36,980 bases of DNA from an uncultured Candidatus Saccharibacteria bacterium. Its GTDB lineage: Bacteria > Patescibacteriota > Minisyncoccia > Minisyncoccales > JAGLUP01. This document shows, piece by piece, positions 13,803 through 20,910 of the stretch (within the stretch, counting starts at the first letter, position 1; the number at the start of each line of letters is the position of its first letter). The notes under the pieces are model-generated. The model saw only the letters and a program-made list of their open reading frames with translations. It was not told where the DNA came from and did not search any database. Where the stretch lies: NCBI GenBank assembly GCA_964400775.1, contig CAYNVZ010000001.1:1-36980 (forward strand), given 5' to 3'. The position numbers and the translations under genes were made by a program.

Positions 13803-15020
13803 TCAGGGAATAAAGACCTTAAATATTTTTTTTATTTTAGCTATAATTCCCCTTCCTATATCAGAAAAATATCCACCGTCTTTTGATTCAGCCCCCCTTA
13901 AAACAAGCCCGCAAACCGTGGCTAAAGCTGGATCTTGTTCTATACCAACAATTCCTTTAGGAATTCCAATCTTGGCTGGAAGCTTCAATTCTCTTTTTGC
14001 TAACTCAACAATCTTTGGCAACTTTGCGCCGCCTCCGGTTAAAACCACGCCAGCAGGCAATAATCCCTGACGAGAAATTTTTTTCAATTCTTTGTTTACT
14101 AAGTCAAGAATTTCTTCCACCCTGGCCTCAATAATTTCTGCTAACATCTTTTTAGAAAAAATTAAAGGTTCCTTCAACTGAAAAATTTTTATCTTCTCTT
14201 TCTTATTATTTTTTGGGACCATACAAGAACCAAATTCTCTTTTTATTCTCTCGGCAATATCAATTTCAGTTCTTAAGCAAATAGCAATATCATTTGTAAT
14301 ATTGGCAGAGCCCAAAGGAAACACAGCCGTATGAATTAAATCTCCTTCCTCAAATACCACCAAGCTGGTAGTACCTGCTCCAATATCTATCAAGGCCACT
14401 CCTAACTCTTTTTGTTGAGGACTAAGTACTGCCTCGGCTGCAGCTAAAGATGAAAAAATAATATCATTTATCTGAAGACCAGAATCTAAAACTGCCTGGG
14501 TTAAATTCTTAAGATAAGGCGAAAAAACACAAAGGGTAAGTATCTCCACCTCTAAACGCAGTCCCCTCATATCTAATGGCTCTTTTACCCTGGTCTGGCC
14601 ATCTATAATAAATTCCTTAGGAAAGGTCTCTAAAATTTCGTTATTAAGAGGTTTATTTACTACCGCCTCTGCGGATTGAATTACCCTGTCAATGTCCTCT
14701 TGAGAAATTCTTTGGTCAGCGCGAGAAACAGAGATCAATCCATGGCTAGAAGCAACAAAAAGGTGATTGCCTCCAATATTGACATAAATATCTCTAAGCT
14801 CTTTTTTCAATGGCTCTGCAATCTGAGCTATTAAGCTCTGTAGACTTTCTGAAACCAATTCTGGATTAATAACAACTCCCTTTCTTACGCCTGAAGAAGG
14901 GCCACTGACAATATCTAAAAGCTCAATAACATCTGGCTCTCCTTGATTTTTTTGAGCCACCAATGCCTTAATAGTATCAGTACCTATATCTATGCCAGTA
15001 ATTATATGGCTTTTGGCCAT
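13803..15020 (-). CDS. ftsA: Cell division protein FtsA (actin-like ATPase with C-terminal amphipathic membrane helix)
   Basis: HIITGIDIGTDTIKALVA phosphate-1 motif, ALIDIGAGTTSLVVF and VVLTGGGAKLP, with a C-terminal IIAKIKKIFKVF. The ORF is open to a TTG at 15053, but the ATG at 15020 (MAKSHIITGIDIGT) fits the family N-terminus. Confidence 0.9.
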   Translation of the reverse strand: MAKSHIITGIDIGTDTIKALVAQKNQGEPDVIELLDIVSGPSSGVRKGVVINPELVSESLQSLIAQIAEPLKKELRDIYVNIGGNHLFVASSHGLISVSRADQRISQEDIDRVIQSAEAVVNKPLNNEILETFPKEFIIDGQTRVKEPLDMRGLRLEVEILTLCVFSPYLKNLTQAVLDSGLQINDIIFSSLAAAEAVLSPQQKELGVALIDIGAGTTSLVVFEEGDLIHTAVFPLGSANITNDIAICLRTEIDIAERIKREFGSCMVPKNNKKEKIKIFQLKEPLIFSKKMLAEIIEARVEEILDLVNKELKKISRQGLLPAGVVLTGGGAKLPKIVELAKRELKLPAKIGIPKGIVGIEQDPALATVCGLVLRGAESKDGGYFSDIGRGIIAKIKKIFKVFIP

Positions 15021-15163
15021 TATAGATACCAGGTACCAGGCGCCAAATGACAAACAAATTCAAAGTATCAAACCCAAAAATTCAACCCTGTTTAGAATTT
15101 AGCTATCAGAGTTTAGTCCTGTTTGTCTGTTTGAGAGTTGTAACCTGGAACCTGAGATTTAAT

Positions 15164-15940
15164 TCATCGATGGACTAATTTTCCTTTTAAATAATGTTGT
15201 TGAACTATTTGCTCTGAAAAGCCCTCGTTATAAATTCTGACTTCATCAATAATACCTTCAAAATAATTGCCCTCATATCGACCAATATAAAGGTTTACTC
15301 CTGAACTAAGTGGCGCACTGCAACTGGCCTCATCTGCTTGTTTCTCTCCGTTAATATATAACCTCATTTTATTATCAGAACCCTTTATGGCAGCAATATG
15401 TGTCCAAACATTTAAAGGCACGGTTGAATCAGATTCAATTGTATTACATTGCAATTCAAATTCAATTTTTCCTGTACTAGAATTATATTTAAGAAAATAA
15501 TTAGTACCTCCGGAAGATTTTTGAACTATTCCTTGTTCAGTCCCAGTGCCATCTCCTTTGCGATAAACCCAGGCCTCAATTGTAACCTCGTGAATAGGAT
15601 TTAAACTATCATCGTTCCCGCAGTCAAGATAACCAGTAGAACCATCAAACTCCAAGGCATCTCCTGATACTCCATGCACATAATTAACTCCTCCGTTAAT
15701 TGTACAATTATTTCCATTACCTGAACTATCATCAGTATTCCCATTAAAACTCCAAATTCCTATAGAGCTAGCACCCAACATATGATAAATACTGCTGTTG
15801 GTCCATTGTAAAACCTTAGCAATCCTGGCTTTTTCTTTAGCGTTTTTGAAATTAATTAAAATTAAATTTGCCAATACCCCAATAATAGCAACAACTATTA
15901 ATAGTTCAATTAAAGTAAATCCTTTGTTTTTATTTCTCAT
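15164..15940 (-). CDS. Type IV pilin-like protein with a LamG/concanavalin-A-like (Laminin_G_3) C-terminal domain
   Basis: MRNKNKG|FTLIELLIVVAIIGVLA prepilin motif. LamG_3-like motifs GDALEFDGSTGYLDCG, TIEAWVY and FEGIIDEVRIYN are also present. Confidence 0.85.
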   Translation of the reverse strand: MRNKNKGFTLIELLIVVAIIGVLANLILINFKNAKEKARIAKVLQWTNSSIYHMLGASSIGIWSFNGNTDDSSGNGNNCTINGGVNYVHGVSGDALEFDGSTGYLDCGNDDSLNPIHEVTIEAWVYRKGDGTGTEQGIVQKSSGGTNYFLKYNSSTGKIEFELQCNTIESDSTVPLNVWTHIAAIKGSDNKMRLYINGEKQADEASCSAPLSSGVNLYIGRYEGNYFEGIIDEVRIYNEGFSEQIVQQHYLKGKLVHR

Positions 15941-15974
15941 TATTATCTTAATTTTATTTATCTTAATCTTGATC

Positions 15975-16475
15975 TTATTTGCCCAACATTTTTTTAACTA
16001 TTCTGCTCACTTCACCTCCTGGCGCTTTTCCTTTTATTTCAGGCATCAATTCTTTCATCACTCTTCCAATATCTTTGGGTTCTTTTGCACCGATTCTTTC
16101 AATAACTGCTTTTGCCAATCTCTCAATCTCTTGTTCTGAAAGTTGTTCTGGCAAATAGCTTTCTAAAATTTCTATTTCCTTTCTCTCCTTTTCTACTAAA
16201 TCAACTCTATCTGCCTTCTCAAAGCCCGAAACAGCTTCTTTTCTTTTTTTAATTTCAGATTGTATTAACTGGATTACCTCCTCATCACTTAAGTGGCTTT
16301 TCTCTTCTAACTCTTCTGGCTTTAGGTTCTGTTCTGTCTTGCTCAATTTATATCTTTTTTCTTTTTCTCTATTTGCTATAGATGCAGACAACATCCTTAA
16401 AACAGAACATTCAGTTTCCCGGCCGGCTTTGATGGCTTTATTTATGTCCTCTTGAATTTGTTGCCTCAAGCTCAT
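15975..16475 (-). CDS. yqeY: GatB/YqeY-domain protein
   Basis: MSLRQQIQEDINKAIKAGRETECSVLRMLSASI matches the YqeY N-terminus, and the position next to rpsU is conserved. The track ORF extends to a TTG at 16526, which I consider less likely. Confidence 0.8.
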   Translation of the reverse strand: MSLRQQIQEDINKAIKAGRETECSVLRMLSASIANREKEKRYKLSKTEQNLKPEELEEKSHLSDEEVIQLIQSEIKKRKEAVSGFEKADRVDLVEKERKEIEILESYLPEQLSEQEIERLAKAVIERIGAKEPKDIGRVMKELMPEIKGKAPGGEVSRIVKKMLGK

Positions 16476-16540
16476 AATCTCTTTATATATGTAAAAACCC
16501 AAGCGTTGTTTACACTTTTTTGCCAAAATCTTTTAAGATC

Positions 16541-16580
16541 TCAGCCCCCACCACTTTTCACAGAAAAGTGGTGGGGCTGA
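16541..16580. repeat. GC-rich palindromic element, copy 1 (core CCCCACCACTTTTC-NNN-GAAAAGTGGTGGGG)
   Basis: TCAGCCCCCACCACTTTTC-ACA-GAAAAGTGGTGGGGCTGA, an 18-bp stem with one bulged C, in the rpsU/yqeY intergenic region. Confidence 0.85.
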
Positions 16581-16649
16581 GTAAATAAATACTGTAAATA
16601 ACACGTCTAATTCCTGCAAATTATAAAAATAAAACACCGGAAATGAATT

Positions 16650-16868
16650 TTAGCTGACCTTACCAAGTTTTTTCATTTTTTCGTATTCTTTTCTAAGCTC
16701 TTCTCTTCTCAACGCTGCTCTTTTTTTTAACTGACGACTTAAAGGCCGTTGGTAAAATTTTATTTTTTGCGCCCTATACAAAATCCCGCTTTTTCGTATC
16801 CTTTGTAAAAAGCGGCGAACTAAACTCTGAGAGGTTTCTTTTGGTTTTTTCTTAACTTCTAAAGCCAT
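16650..16868 (-). CDS. rpsU: 30S ribosomal protein bS21
   Basis: 72 aa, very basic, with ..SLVRRFLQRIRKSGILYRAQKIKFYQRPLSRQLKKR, typical of S21. Confidence 0.9.
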   Translation of the reverse strand: MALEVKKKPKETSQSLVRRFLQRIRKSGILYRAQKIKFYQRPLSRQLKKRAALRREELRKEYEKMKKLGKVS

Positions 16869-16869
16869 A

Positions 16870-17199
16870 TTATGGTATTTGAGCTATTTTGCCAGCCAAG
16901 AAATGTAGATGAATATGGTCAATCATTTGTCCTCCTTTTCTGCCTACATTAAAAACCAGCTTATAACCATCAATATGCTTTTCTTTGGCTAGCTTTTTGG
17001 CTGTAAAAATTAAATTACTAATAATCTCTCTATCAGATTCCTGCAAATGATTAATTGATTCAATATGTTTTTTAGGCACAATTAAAAAATGGATTGGCGC
17101 CTTAGGATTTATATCTTTGAATACCAAAACCTTATCGTCTTCATAGACAATATCCGAGGGAAGCTCTTTGTTTATAATTTTGCAAAAAATACAATCCAT
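16870..17199 (-). CDS. HIT-family (histidine triad) nucleotide hydrolase
   Basis: MDCIFCKIINKELP N-terminus and the HIHLHFL histidine triad. The track ORF starts at a TTG at 17220; the ATG at 17199 fits the family start. Confidence 0.85.
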   Translation of the reverse strand: MDCIFCKIINKELPSDIVYEDDKVLVFKDINPKAPIHFLIVPKKHIESINHLQESDREIISNLIFTAKKLAKEKHIDGYKLVFNVGRKGGQMIDHIHLHFLAGKIAQIP

Positions 17200-17324
17200 A
17201 GAATTAAACCCTAAATCCAAATTGAAAAATCCAAAATAATATCAAAATTCAAAACCGCTTTGGCTCTGGGTTTGATGTTTTGGATTTATTTTGAATTTTG
17301 GATTTAGCGCTTTGTATTTAAGAT

Positions 17325-18611
17325 TCAGGATTTTTTGAGCCGTTTTCTTATTTCTGTTATTATCTTATCTAACTTTACTGTCTTTTGCTTTCGGGTTTCC
17401 ATTTCTCTTATAATTACTGATTCCTCAAGCGCTTCTTTCTGCCCCAGAATCAAAGTATATTTTACCTTCAACTTATCAGCTATTCTTAACTGTGCCTTTA
17501 AACTACCTTTGCTTAGAGATTCGGCAACAGGAATTTTGGCTTTCCTGAATCTTTCCAGAAGCTTTAACGATTTTCTTTTGGCTAAACCTCCCAATTGGGC
17601 CAAAAACACTCTTGGCAAAACAGGTTGACTCATTTTTACCTCTTTTCTCTTCATCGCTTCTATAATCCGTTCCACGCCTCCAGCTCCTCCGCATGCAGGA
17701 GTATCTCTGCCTCCTAAAAGTTTGATTAAGGTATCGTATCTGCCTCCTGCTGTCAATGTGCCTTGGTTCTTTTCTTTTTCATTTTCCTCAAGAATTTCAA
17801 AAACTGTTTTTGTGTAATAATCCAGGCCTCGCACTAAAAAGGGATTCAATCGATAGGGCAGCTCAATTTCGTCTAAAATCTCTAAAACCTCTTTAAAATG
17901 ATTATGACATTCTTCGCAGAGATAGTCAATTATCTGAGGCGCTCCGCTTACCACTTCCTTACATTTTTCCTTTTTACAGTCCAAAACCCTTAAAGGATTC
18001 TCTTTTAGCCGTCTCCTACAATCAGCACATAAAGCATTTTGGTGCTTTTTAAGATAGCTTACTAAGGACTTCTTGTAATAAGGCCTGCATTGGTTATCGC
18101 CAATGCTGTTTATCTCTATAATTAAATCCTTAAGGCCAAGTTCTTCCAATATGGTATAAGCTATTTGAATCACCTGAGCGTCAATTATTGGATCTTTCTC
18201 TCCTATAACCTCAAAGCCAAACTGATGAAACTCGCGATACCGACCGGCTTGAGGCCGTTCATAACGGAAAAAGGGAGCAATATTATGACAAAGTTTCACT
18301 GGTTGGGGCTGACTAATCATTCCATGTTGGATATATGCCCGAGCAATAGAAGGTGTAGCTTCTGGCCTTAAACTCACATAATCCCCACCCTTTGTCCTAA
18401 AGCTGTACATTTCTTTCTGAACAATATCAGTGCTTGAACCAGTGCCTTTTGAAAAAAGCTCGGTTTGCTCTAAAATAGGGGTATCAATTCTCTGAAATCC
18501 GTAAAACTCGGCAATATCCTCAACAAGAGTATAGATCTTCTGAAAATATCTTTGGTCATCTCCTAAAATATCGTGCATTCCAGTAAGGGTTTGAAACTTG
18601 GGTTTTTTCAT
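17325..18611 (-). CDS. hisS: Histidine--tRNA ligase
   Basis: Class II aaRS motifs (YVSLRPEATPS, FRYERPQAGRYREFHQ, GGGRYD-like TAGGRYDTL) and a C-terminal anticodon-binding domain. The track start GTG 18623 lies inside palindrome copy 2; the ATG at 18611 (MKKPKFQTLTGMHDIL) is more plausible. Confidence 0.92.
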   Translation of the reverse strand: MKKPKFQTLTGMHDILGDDQRYFQKIYTLVEDIAEFYGFQRIDTPILEQTELFSKGTGSSTDIVQKEMYSFRTKGGDYVSLRPEATPSIARAYIQHGMISQPQPVKLCHNIAPFFRYERPQAGRYREFHQFGFEVIGEKDPIIDAQVIQIAYTILEELGLKDLIIEINSIGDNQCRPYYKKSLVSYLKKHQNALCADCRRRLKENPLRVLDCKKEKCKEVVSGAPQIIDYLCEECHNHFKEVLEILDEIELPYRLNPFLVRGLDYYTKTVFEILEENEKEKNQGTLTAGGRYDTLIKLLGGRDTPACGGAGGVERIIEAMKRKEVKMSQPVLPRVFLAQLGGLAKRKSLKLLERFRKAKIPVAESLSKGSLKAQLRIADKLKVKYTLILGQKEALEESVIIREMETRKQKTVKLDKIITEIRKRLKKS

Positions 18612-18619
18612 TTTTATAT

Positions 18620-18660
18620 TCACCCCCCACCACTTTTCGCAGAAAAGTGGTGGGGGGTGA
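18620..18660. repeat. GC-rich palindromic element, copy 2
   Basis: TCACCCCCCACCACTTTTC-GCA-GAAAAGTGGTGGGGGGTGA, a perfect 19-bp stem, between the lepB stop and the hisS start. Confidence 0.85.
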
Positions 18661-18701
18661 AGGAGAGATTCTTTTAACTTTTAATAATCTAATGCGAGCT
18701 T

Positions 18702-19337
18702 TCAATTATTTATTACTCTTATTAAGGAATAGCGAGGAATTTCAATCTTTGCCAAAGAAGTAAAGGGTAATGCCCTGAAAACTACCCTACCAATAATATA
18801 ATTTCTTGGTAGAGGACCCCAGTCCTCTGAATCAAAAGAGTGGGCTCTATTGTCACCTAAAACAAAATACTCATCTTGTTTTAAAGACAGTTCAAGATTC
18901 TTTAGAGGTAAAAAGGTCTCTGAAAGATAACTTGTTTCGTCTAAAATCCAAGATTGGCCATTTTTAGAAATTAGTATTCTACCTTGATTTATCTTTATTG
19001 TTTCTCCGGGCAAACCAATAATTCTTTTAATAAAACGTTGAGATGGATTTCCGGGATATCTAAAAACTACTACCTCTCCTCTTTCAGGCGGACGAAAACG
19101 ATAAGAGATTTCATCTACAATTAAATAATCGCTATTAAAAAAGTTCGGCTCCATAGAAGCGCCTTTTACCACAAAGGGCTGAAATATAAAATAGCGAATA
19201 GGAATGACTATTGCTACAGCTATAAGAGCTATCTTGAGAACTTCCCAGACAAATAACAATGTCTCTTTTATTATGTTTTTTATTGTCTTCATAATATACT
19301 TGCGTAAAGGAATTTTCTTTAAAGAAAACACAGCCAC
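18702..19337 (-). CDS. lepB: Signal peptidase I
   Basis: GASMEPNF (catalytic Ser box), RGEVVVF and GDNRAHSFDSEDWG boxes. The track start is GTG 19337; an ATG at 19292 (MKTIKNII) is an alternative. Confidence 0.88.
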   Translation of the reverse strand: MAVFSLKKIPLRKYIMKTIKNIIKETLLFVWEVLKIALIAVAIVIPIRYFIFQPFVVKGASMEPNFFNSDYLIVDEISYRFRPPERGEVVVFRYPGNPSQRFIKRIIGLPGETIKINQGRILISKNGQSWILDETSYLSETFLPLKNLELSLKQDEYFVLGDNRAHSFDSEDWGPLPRNYIIGRVVFRALPFTSLAKIEIPRYSLIRVINN

Positions 19338-19449
19338 CTGTCATTTTTCGCTTCCTTCTGTTTTTACCTCCTCCTATTTTTACTCCTTCAAAAAGCAACT
19401 TAAGGAAAGGGGGTCTTTTAATTTTAACAATCTACCAAAGCTTTCCTAA

Positions 19450-19469
19450 TTACGTAATATATTACGTAA
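19450..19469. promoter_or_regulatory. Perfect 20-bp palindrome TTACGTAA-TATA-TTACGTAA in the divergent lepB/pth promoter region (candidate operator)
   Basis: Read directly from the sequence. Each 8-mer is itself palindromic, and the two centres are 12 bp apart. Confidence 0.4.
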
Positions 19470-19657
19470 ATAAATACGCTGTTATATAAGAACTAATACC
19501 TCTTTTTACATTTTTCTGTTAAAATTTCTCTAAAAAGCTGGAAAATATCCTGTTTAAACCGTTTTTTCAGCAACCAAGGATCGTCTTTGGTTCTTACAAG
19601 CTCTTATTATACCAGATTTTTTTTATTTTACAAATAGATTATATTATAATAAAACTA

Positions 19658-20296
19658 ATGGCAAATTCATCAATTTTAATCGTAGGCCTGGGAAATCCAG
19701 GAAAGAAATATCAAAAAACCCGACATAATGTTGGCTTCCAGGTTATTGACAAATTTTCAAAAGAAAATAAATTCCCTAAATTCAAATCATCAAAAAGGTT
19801 TAATGCCCTCATTTCTGAAAAAAAATATTCAGTTGATTTCAACAAGACGCCGATCCCTTCAAGCAGAAGAATTATTTTGGCCAAACCACAGACGTTTATG
19901 AATGAGTCTGGGAAATCAGTAAAGTCCCTGGTTGCTTTTTATAAAATTAGAGGTTCTCGTCTTATAGTGGTGCATGATGATTTAGATCTGGTTTTAGGAA
20001 GAATAAAAATTTCCAAAAACCGCGGCCCTGCAGGCCATAAAGGAGTGCAGTCAATAATTGACAAACTTAACACTCTAAATAACAAATCTTTTCAAGATTA
20101 TAATACAGGCCAGGCAAAAAACTTTATTAGATTTAGAATAGGCATCCAACCAAAAACCGGCAAGCCCAAAGATACTGCCAAATTTGTCTTGGAAAAATTT
20201 ACCAAAGAAGAAGAAAAAATTATCAAGCAGGTTATAAAACAAGCAATTGAAAAGCTTGAAATAGTAATTAAAACCACAATAAATAAAGCCCATTGA
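19658..20296 (+). CDS. pth: Peptidyl-tRNA hydrolase
   Basis: LIVGLGNPGKKYQKTRHNVGF and LIVVHDDLDL motifs. At 212 aa it has two short inserts relative to typical Pth. Confidence 0.9.
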   Translation: MANSSILIVGLGNPGKKYQKTRHNVGFQVIDKFSKENKFPKFKSSKRFNALISEKKYSVDFNKTPIPSSRRIILAKPQTFMNESGKSVKSLVAFYKIRGSRLIVVHDDLDLVLGRIKISKNRGPAGHKGVQSIIDKLNTLNNKSFQDYNTGQAKNFIRFRIGIQPKTGKPKDTAKFVLEKFTKEEEKIIKQVIKQAIEKLEIVIKTTINKAH

Positions 20297-20316
20297 TTTT
20301 TCAACTCCCTACCGAT

Positions 20317-20365
20317 TTTGAGTGTGCTTAACTAAGTTTGAGTGTGCTTAACTAAGTTAAGCACA
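20317..20365. repeat. Tandem 20-bp direct repeat (TTTGAGTGTGCTTAACTAAG x2) followed by an inverted partial copy (TTAAGCACA)
   Basis: Copy 1 is 20317..20336 and copy 2 is 20337..20356. Positions 20343..20365 form a 9-bp stem with a 5-nt loop (TGTGCTTAA-CTAAG-TTAAGCACA). Confidence 0.7.
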
Positions 20366-20401
20366 ATGCCGAGGCGTGTAGATTTTGTCAAGTGGCTTTC
20401 G

Positions 20402-20435
20402 TAAAAATAAAAGACCTAAGATTCACTTTCTTAGG
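20402..20435 (-). terminator. Rho-independent terminator of the 20458..20796 gene
   Basis: The minus strand reads CCTAAGA, 7-nt loop, TCTTAGG, then TCTTTTATTTTTAC. Confidence 0.5.
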
Positions 20436-20457
20436 CCATTTTAAATCCTGATTTACG

Positions 20458-20796
20458 TTAGACCTCCTTCTCTTTCTTGCTTATAACCTCTACTGCTATC
20501 TCTCTGTAAACCTCTGAAAGATACGTCATGCTTTTTAACCACTCCTCTGCCCTTTTTGGGTCTCTTTGTAAATATTCTCTAAGCACTATTTTTCCTACTG
20601 GGGCCTCCACGCCTGCCTGTAAAATCTTCTCCAGAGCTCTATCGCTTGCTTTACTCAGCAGATCCCTTCCCAAGGAAAAATCTATTCTTAATGATTTCAA
20701 TAATTCTCTAGCTTCTCTTTCTTCTTCTTTGTTTTTCAGCTCTTTAGCCGGGCCTACGCCGGGCCCTATTATATGAGGTACACCCATTTTCGTCAC
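20458..20796 (-). CDS. Hypothetical protein (112 aa, helical, charged), no family recognised
   Basis: Clean ORF on the opposite strand to its neighbours, with its own terminator. The N-terminus MTKMGVPHIIGPGVGPAKEL is followed by predicted helices. Confidence 0.55.
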   Translation of the reverse strand: MTKMGVPHIIGPGVGPAKELKNKEEEREARELLKSLRIDFSLGRDLLSKASDRALEKILQAGVEAPVGKIVLREYLQRDPKRAEEWLKSMTYLSEVYREIAVEVISKKEKEV

Positions 20797-20872
20797 CTTC
20801 CTTTATTTTTTTCTGAAAAAGATGGGATATATTTTCTTGCAAAAGAACAATCAAATATAATAATATAAAAAT

Positions 20873-20901
20873 TTGCCAATTTGTCAAGTATAAGGTAAAA
20901 T
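20873..20901 (+). promoter_or_regulatory. Sigma70-like promoter for iorA (near-leaderless geometry)
   Basis: TTGCCA (20873..20878), 17 nt, TAAAAT (20896..20901), then 9 nt to the ATG at 20911. Confidence 0.35.
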
Positions 20902-20910
20902 TAGTATAAC

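Noticed and set aside
15054-15163. TPP-riboswitch-like strings (CTGAGA, AACCTGGAACCTGAGA) upstream of ftsA
   Set aside because: The strings are on the wrong strand for ftsA and lack the conserved GGGGTGC..ACCC..pairing framework. The context, a division gene, is also implausible.
19135-19398. 87-aa minus-strand ORF containing AGGAGGAGG, overlapping the lepB 5' end in another frame
   Set aside because: The SD-like run lies inside the ORF, not upstream of a start. The product is Ser/Tyr/Cys-rich nonsense, whereas the lepB frame has all the signal-peptidase boxes.
19338-19657. Possible replication origin at the minus-to-plus strand switch (320-bp AT-rich spacer)
   Set aside because: I found no DnaA-box cluster in the spacer (no TTATCCACA-like 9-mers), and no dnaA or dnaN nearby. 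A convergent switch only 7 kb away (about 26.8 kb) shows that the orientation change is local operon structure.
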